NCBI RefSeq assembly: GCF_001194135.2
Contig: NC_068982.1
Coordinates: 188,633,654 to 188,677,299, forward strand
DNA from: Octopus bimaculoides
Taxonomy: Eukaryota
Direction of reading: 5' to 3'
DNA length: 43,646 nt
Shown here: piece by piece, positions 36,650 to 43,646 of the stretch
How positions within the stretch are numbered: position 1 is the stretch's first letter
Layout: the number at the start of each line of letters is the position of its first letter
Notes under the pieces: model-generated
What the model was told of the DNA's origin: nothing
What the model saw: only the letters and a program-made list of their open reading frames with translations
Database searches by the model: none
Program-made: the position numbers and the translations under genes

Positions 36650-36870
36650 CATCATCATCATCATCGTTTAATGTCTGCTTTTCATGCTGGCATGGGTTGG
36701 ACGGTTTGACTGAGGACTGGAAAGTCAGAAGGCTGTACCAGGCTCCAATCTGATCTGGCAAGCTTTCTACAGCTGGATGCCCTTCCTAATGCCAACCACT
36801 CCGAGAGTGTAGTGGGTGCTTTTTATGTGCTACTGGCATGGGGGCCAGTCAGGCAGCACTGGCAATGACC
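36650..36870 (-). repeat. RTE 3' UTR fragment
   Basis: (CAT)n-gtttaatgtctgc and core. Confidence 0.9.
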
Positions 36871-36872
36871 CC

Positions 36873-36904
<32 letters not shown>

Positions 36905-37566
36905 TTCAAATTTTAGCTCAAGACCTGCAATTTTAGGAGCAAGAGTTAGTATTGGTAAAAGATATGCTTCTCTCTCTGGTAGACTGTATGATGCCAGTCT
37001 ACAAACTACAATGGTGAAACATGGGCTTTGAATGCAGATAAAGTCTATGCTCTTCTTCTGGAACTTTGCATTGTTATGTGAAAGAGGAGATTTGGGTGCT
37101 ATTTCTAGCAGGTTGAAAAAACAAGTCAGTAAATTACTATTTTAAATGTGGTTTGTTAACTTGGCTGAAAAAGCAAGCTGTGTGTGAACTGAGAAAAGCT
37201 GCCAAGCACTGCAAACATCAGTTGGTGTGAACAGAAGAGGATGTTGCGAATAGATAAGACCTGCTGAATTAAAAGTGCAAGGAGCTGTTGGCAGTGGAAG
37301 GTGGTGGTGGTGGTGGAGGTGTAAGGAAGTGTCGAGAAGAAGTGGAATCATGGTTTCCATAGGATGTGAATATAGATCCACATCTGTTGTGTTTGTAGCC
37401 AAATAACCATGCTGCCGCTGCACCGAAATGTCTGTGACTGACTGAACTGGTGAGGAATCAAAGTGAGAAGGGGAGAGCCATTATCGTAATAGACTGATAA
37501 AGATGGTGGTGATGGCAGCTTATGCTCTAACCAGAGGACATAGGTTCAATTCAGCTGGATTATTTA

Positions 37567-37570
<4 letters not shown>

Positions 37571-37636
<66 letters not shown>
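37571..37636. repeat. (CA)n microsatellite
   Basis: Direct inspection. Confidence 0.95.
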
Positions 37637-37638
<2 letters not shown>

Positions 37639-37721
37639 GATAAGCTGCTAAGATTAGCTTCACAGGGCTGCCAAAATACCACCACTAACTTGTTCTTATA
37701 TTCTTTTATTTTTTTAAAATT

Positions 37722-38050
37722 CTTTTCTTTGTTTCAGTCATTTGACTGTGGCCATGCTGGAGCACCGCCTTTAGTTGAGCAAATCGACCCCAGGACTTAT
37801 TCTTTGTAAGCCTAGTACTTATTCTGTTGGTCTCTCTTGCCGAACCACTATGTGACGGGCGGGACATTAACACACCCCCATCGGTTGTCAAGCGATGGTG
37901 GTGGTGGGGAAACACAGACACACACACATATATATACACGACGGGCTTCTTTCAGTTTCCGTTTACCAAATCCACTCACAAGGCTTTGGTCAGCCCGAGG
38001 CTATGGTAGAAGACACTTGCCCATGTGGTTGGCAAGCAAGCTACTTAACA
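37722..38050 (-). mobile_element. Family B SINE
   Basis: Reverse complement of tail, body and partial head. Confidence 0.85.
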
Positions 38051-38194
38051 GATCAGCAATAAAATACCATTTCATATTTGTTCGTCGAATATGCTACAGC
38101 TTATCAGAATAAGTGGCCAAAAGCACATGAACAGTACATAGAAAAATGCTCAGGAAATGAACTGGGAATGATTCGTTGGAAAAAAGAAAAAAGG

Positions 38195-38470
38195 TGGGGG
38201 GGGGGGACATTGGGTACCTTGTTGGCGAATTTCAGGAAGCCTTGAGATTTTAATGTGTGTTGTGTCTTGGGGTGAGTAGTTTATTTCCATGCTTCAACGA
38301 TTATAAGTGTGAAAAAAATGTTTCCAAACACCATGGGTGCTGTGTTGTTTTTTGATTTTGTAAGCTTGTCCATGAGTGTGAGACTTCTGGAATTCAAAAC
38401 GGTGGCCAAGGTGGTTGTTGGGAAGATGGTGGATAATTTTGTTGATGTCTGCCAAGCCGATTGCCAGTGG
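38195..38470 (-). mobile_element. CR1-group LINE 3' end, same family as 42688-43085
   Basis: HGQAYKIKKQHSTHGVWKHFF and direct nucleotide similarity to 42940-43050. Confidence 0.75.
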
Positions 38471-38479
38471 TGAATGAAT

Positions 38480-38860
38480 ATTGCCAAAGGGACATGATTT
38501 GATGTTTAAAGGTTGCTTTGATCAATGTTAAATCTCTGATGAGGAAAATTATGGTATGGGTTAAGAATTTTCAGGTTTTACCATTAATAGCTTACATCCC
38601 ATTCAGCACCCAACTGAGCAGCCCAAATCTTGGTATGACCACTTGTACAACAAACACATTGTGGACTGTCAAATTATTTGCATGGCGAAAGTTCCAACGA
38701 CCGTATTTTCTTTGTTGTAGTGTTTTATTGCCTGGCTTCATGCTCCTTGTTACAGGTTCCACCATCATTCATAGGAAATATTTTCATCCATCCCTAAATA
38801 CCCATAGTATTCTTCATTCAATATCAAAGATATCTTAGAAAATTACTATTTGCAAATCTC
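38480..38860 (-). mobile_element. Decayed non-LTR RT fragment, possibly R4/Dong-like
   Basis: Frameshifted YLGMDENISY, KKIRSLELS and HNVFVVQVVIPRFGLLSW resemble post-YLG segments of RLE-clade elements as recalled. Confidence 0.4.
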
Positions 38861-38892
38861 ACAACGAGAGATATTCAGCAACAGTACTTTGG

Positions 38893-39250
38893 AGTAAAGA
38901 TTATTTGCCAACATAACATGGCAGCCCCGGTTTAGGACAAATGTTGCTGTAATTTAGCCCCAGGAGACATCGACTCCAGTTGGCTATACGACACGATCTG
39001 TGTCCTTATATTTTCAAACAAGGGCATCTAGAACCCCCATTCTGTGCTGATGAAGGGAAATAACCCAGAAATCGCAGTACGCAGATATTGTTTTGAGCTG
39101 AGTGGGGGTGCTAGATTCCCTTGTTAGAAAATATAAGGACACAGATCATGTCATATAGCCCAGCTGGAGATGATATCTCCTGGAGCTAAATTATAGCAAC
39201 ATTCGTCCTAAACCAGGATTGCCATGTTATGTTGGCAAACAATCTTTACT
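38893..39250. mobile_element. MITE-like foldback element with ~150-bp inverted arms and a 59-nt spacer
   Basis: Arms 38893-39041 and 39101-39250 are reverse complements (about 17 mismatches and 1 indel by manual count). A partial arm recurs at 2845-2921. No clear TSD. Confidence 0.85.
39042..39084 (+). ncRNA. Minimal type I hammerhead-like motif in the foldback loop
   Basis: CUGUG-CUGAUGA-A-GGG(aaauaa)CCC-A-GAAA-U-CGCA-GUA-CGCAG. Stem I CUGUG/CGCAG, stem II 3 bp, GUA triplet. Confidence 0.6.
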
Positions 39251-39330
39251 ATCAAAGATATAGTCATGTGTATATGGATGTGTGAGTGCATATGTGTAAA
39301 TGATGTGGAAGATGATAACACACACATATA

Positions 39331-39830
39331 CGAGGGGATACCCACAGCTAACCAAAAACATCCTCTATGCAACAAAACCATTGTAGTTCAGGCTTCTGCC
39401 GCTAGAATCCACTTGATGAGACCCTCAGGCATCAGTCTGCTGACTGGCAGCATCAGGTGAAGTCATACTGTCGTGTGGTGTGTCTTTGTTTTGCATTGCT
39501 TCTCCCTTATTCGTTGATTTTTTGCAATGGCTGAAATGAAGGAAGAGTTTGCTTCCATGAAATTCTGTTTTCTGTTGGGGAAAACAGCAGCCAAACAACA
39601 TTTGTCATGCCTGAAACAGCCTCACAAGGCTGCTGTGCCATGAGCAAAGCACAAGTTTGCGAGTGGCTTCCACACTTTAGGAATGGTCATTTCACTTGTC
39701 TCTTGCAGACCAACCTCGTTCAGGGTGATCTTCGACCTCCCAAACAAATGAAAACATCTCGAAAATCCCTAAGCTGAACTTGGAGGCCCATCACTGAACA
39801 ATTGATGAACTTGTTGATATGACCAATGAC
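39331..39830 (+). mobile_element. Mariner 5' fragment (transposase N-terminus, pseudogenised)
   Basis: TA-CGAGGGG terminus; ATG at 39527; MAEMKEEFASMKFCFLLGKTAA, then frameshifted SKAQVCEW and DQPRSG*SST resembling mariner HTH and PRSGRP. Confidence 0.75.
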
Positions 39831-40199
39831 TCTATACTTCCTGGATAGTAGTTAGTCTGAAGATTCTTTCAAATTGAAACAACCCCACGAAGCTCCACCA
39901 AAACCTTAGCACAAATGTTGAACCATTTACCATTCAACTTCTGATGTAAAGATTTCAAGTTAATTCCAAATTTCTATAAGTAACATGTTGTATCATTGGC
40001 TAATTCTAAGTAGGATGGGAAAAGAACTTCTTTTGTTATTATTATTTTCTCAAGACATTCTCCATATATAATGTTGGAAATCAGTGGTTGTCCATGGAAG
40101 TGACACTTGACTCGGATCAATCGTTCTTGAAAATAACCAGAGATCAAAGGTGACTTAGCAGCTGTGACCACCCTGTCTGTATCCCCCTTCCACTCATGA

Positions 40200-40511
<312 letters not shown>

Positions 40512-40559
40512 TAATCATTTATAAAAGAGATCGCAGCCACGCATGTCTGGCCCTGTTAA

Positions 40560-40985
40560 GAATACCCCTGATGCGTCGAGCAATATGATATGCTTGAGAA
40601 GACCTGTTGGGTCAAGTAAAACCAATATTGTAGCTGTGGCCAGTGCCCCTTGACTGGCTCTGGTGCTGGTGGCAAGTAAAAAGCACCATCCAAACGTGGT
40701 TGATGCCAGGTCTGCCTGACTGGCTCCTGTGCCAGTGGCACGTAAAAAGCACCAACCGAATGTGATCAATGCCAGGTCCACCTGACTGGCTCCCATGCCA
40801 GTGGCACGTAAAAAGCACCCACTACATTCTTGGAGTGGTTGGCATTAGGAAGGGCATCCAGCTGTCGAAACTTTGCCAGATCAGATTGGAGCCTGGTGCA
40901 GCATTCTGGCTTGCCAGTCCTCAGTCAAACCGTCCAACCCATGCCAGCATGGAAAACGGACGTTAATCAATGATGAGGATGACAT
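40560..40985 (+). repeat. RTE 3' UTR with three subrepeats, ~140 bp after Rab21 exon 40314-40421
   Basis: Core and tail. Confidence 0.9.
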
Positions 40986-41932
40986 GAAATAGGTGCAGGT
41001 GTAGCTGTGAGGTAAGAAGTTTGGAAAATGAATGTTAAAAGATGATAATTTTTAGTTCTACTGCAGATTCCTCAATTAGAACACTTTAATTCTACAAAGC
41101 CACAGTTCATCTGAGTATTGAGTACAGGGATCAAACCTTGTGCTCGTGTGATTTGTCGTAGTCTGTTGTTCAATCCAGAAAGAAATTCCTCTACTTAAAC
41201 ATTCGACCATCTCAAACTCAGTCACAGCTTTATCAATCATCTTCCGCTGGTTTATAAAAAGCAATCTTTTCTGTGTATTTTTTAAAAATTCCCCTACTTC
41301 CGTAGGATGTAGCGAATGTTGGCAAGAATTTGTGGTTGAATAGAGATGATATTTCTAGCAGGCTGAGTGACTCTGGTGTTGACCATCTGGTTTTCGGTTC
41401 AGTCCCATTGCATGACACTTCAGGCAAATGTATTTTACTAACCCTGTCTTAACCAAAGACTTGTGAATGGATTTGGTGAACGGAAATTGAAAGAAGCCTG
41501 TTGCAATTTATGATATAGATTCGTTTGTCTGTGCATTCCCTTCACTTAGCATTATGTATTGGTTGTAAATGAGCATCACTGTCATACAATCGATGTTCGT
41601 TGTTTCTAATCTTCTACGAAAATCATTTCTGCTGATAGGGAAACCTTGCTTGGAAACAGGGAAGCGCGTCTGCCACAACAATTCTGTCTGCTCGATGCAA
41701 GCATGGAAATTGTACGTTAAAATGGTGGTGGTGGTCGTCGCCACTGCAACCTCCGTCTAGAATATTTTAATAATAATTTGTGAATTATTGGAACAAGAAC
41801 ATTATTTTTGTTCAATCAGGAGTTATTTCCCCTTAGTTGATTTTAAATGTAATTTATCTTCTTAATAACGAAAATGAAACCAGAATTCTTTTATATCTGA
41901 TGTTTCCACTTTGTTTTTCTTTCCTGAATCAG

Positions 41933-42051
41933 GTTAAGAACTGGGTGAAAGAACTTCGCAAAATGCTAGGGAATGACATCTGTTTGTGTATTGCCGGTAA
42001 TAAAATAGACTTAGACAAAGAACGGCATGTGTCCGTATCCGATGCAGAAAG
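41933..42051 (+). CDS. RAB21: Rab21 internal coding exon (G4 NKID), VKNWVKELRKMLGNDICLCIAGNKIDLDKERHVSVSDAE plus 2 nt
   Basis: 119 bp, ATCAG acceptor and GTAAGT donor (phase 2). GNKxDL motif; closely matches recalled Rab21. Confidence 0.97.
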
Positions 42052-42086
42052 GTAAGTTTACTAATAAAATATTTCGTCGTGAATTA

Positions 42087-43343
42087 TTTGTGTGGAGTTA
42101 GACGTTTTGCAATATTTTGGTAACGTATTTGCTTTATTGGTCAAGTTACAACAAAAGCAGTCGAGCATTGCAAGCAGAGGCCATCGTGTGGCACCGTCTG
42201 AAGCCGTCTTTCAGCCAGTTCTTTGCTCCCACACTGATACCAGTTCTTGTCCTTTGAGGGGAAGAATTCCTTCTACTTCTTCTTGGTTGCTGAAGCATTG
42301 TGAGTGCCACAAGTGAGCCATGGATTGGAGCAAGTGATAATCCGAAGGAGATTCCTTTCCGCATAAAAGCAGTGGTTAAGCAAGTGCCAGCTTCCAGAAC
42401 TTGTCGTCAAGCATGGATGTTTCTTACACAAGGTGATGCTCTGCATCTCGTGGAATTATGAGGGCAAAATTCAAAAGTTCATTCGAAACGGTTAAATCAT
42501 CGATGCCAACTTGTATTCCAAACATCTACAGCAGATGAAGGCCATTGTTTGGCAAAAATCTGCAGCAAGACAACACAAGACCTCATACCGCTTGAAAGAC
42601 CCGGAATAAACTCCAGAAACTTGAGGAGATCAAACTGATGCCACACCCAGCATATAATCTGGCCCCTAGCTCCCTCGGATTATTACTTATATATATATAA
42701 TAATGAAATTATTGTATACAGTGCTCAGGTGCACTACAACGTGTCAAAAGTGCACATAAAGTATATGCAGTATTGTACAGATGTCTGAAAAGTGAACAGT
42801 GTATGAGTCAGATCCATGCTTGCGTGTGTATGGAGGGGGAGAAAATCAGGTGTAGTGTTGGCGAATCTCAGGAAGCATGGAAGTTTTGAAGGATGCAGTG
42901 CTCCAACAACTAACAACTGATGCTGGCAGTTTGTTCCATTCTTCAGCAACTCTTAGCGTGAAAAAGTGTTTCCGAAAGTCATGGGAGCTGTGCTGTTTTC
43001 TGACTTTGTAAACATGTCCACAGGTGTTAGACAGGTGGAGTCTGAAAAGGTGCTCAGAGTTATTGTTAGTAAGATGGTTAATAATTTGTTCCAATCCATG
43101 GTTCACCTCCTCTGCTCATGATGCTTCATCCACTAAGAAGAGGTAGAAGTTTCAGTGAAGGAATTCTTCACCTTGAAGAACAAGAACTGGTGTCGGTGTG
43201 GAATCAAAGAACTGGCAGAAAGGCGGCTTCAGACGGTGCCACACGATGGCCTCTGCTTTGAATTCTAGGCTGCTTTTTGTTGTAATTTGATGAATAAAGC
43301 AAATAAGTTACCAAAATATTGCAAAACTTCTGACTCAACTCGA
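42087..43343 (+). mobile_element. Foldback mariner derivative with ~260-bp inverted arms, interrupted by a CR1 fragment
   Basis: Decayed transposase motifs KVMLCISWNYEG, DNTRPHTA, HPAYNLAPS-DYYL/FQSM and C-terminal GIKELAER. Left 42093-42352 is the reverse complement of the right end. TA on both sides. Confidence 0.85.
42688..43085 (-). mobile_element. 5'-truncated CR1-group LINE 3' end nested in the mariner
   Basis: GHVYKVRKQHSSHDFRKHFFTLRVAEEWNKLPASVV matches the CR1/L2 RT C-terminus. (TTA/TA)n tail at 42688; the mariner frame resumes on both sides. Confidence 0.85.
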
Positions 43344-43434
43344 TATTTTGAGGATTTCCCTCTTAGTTGTCCCTTTATTTACAATATGTTCAATAATACA
43401 GTTCTGTACTTCAGCGACAAGGAATTTATTTACA

Positions 43435-43646
43435 TTCATCATCATCATCATCATCATCATCGTTTAACGTCCGCTTTCCATGCTAGCATGGGTTGGACGA
43501 TTTGACTGAGGACTGGTGAAACCGGATGGCAACACCAGGCTCCAGTCTGATTTGGCAGAGTTTCTACAGCTGGATGCCCTTCCTAACGCCAACCACTCAG
43601 AGAGTGTAGTGGGTGCTTTTACGTGTCACCCGCACGAAAACGGCCA
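43435..43646 (-). repeat. RTE 3' UTR fragment running off the window
   Basis: (CAT)n-cgtttaacgtccgc and core. Confidence 0.9.

Noticed and set aside
38534-38550. CTGATGAG-GAAA as another hammerhead
   Set aside because: No stem II or stem I; lies within a coding relic.

Overview
Eukaryotic, AT-rich, repeat-dense genomic DNA with five N gaps. The repeat landscape resembles octopod cephalopods (recalled, not verified). The only supportable host gene is a Rab21 GTPase on the + strand. Three internal coding exons are present (30550-30609, 40314-40421, 41933-42051); the P-loop exon and the C-terminal exons were not seen. The rest is intronic: many 3' ends of an RTE LINE with a variable tandem subrepeat and (GAT)n tail, several tRNA-derived SINE families, CR1 and other non-LTR fragments, Tc1/mariner relics, a piggyBac-type MITE and microsatellites. 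Most notable are seven hammerhead-ribozyme-like motifs of the minimal type I form known from Penelope-like elements. One sits in the loop of a 358-bp inverted-repeat element, one follows a tRNA-like head, two are near-complete antisense copies with different but paired stem II sequences, and one has a G3-C8 swapped core. The first Rab21 exon also encodes Cys where Rab GTPases have a conserved switch I Phe. Repeat boundaries are manual estimates (about +/-20 bp); exon and hammerhead coordinates were counted base by base.
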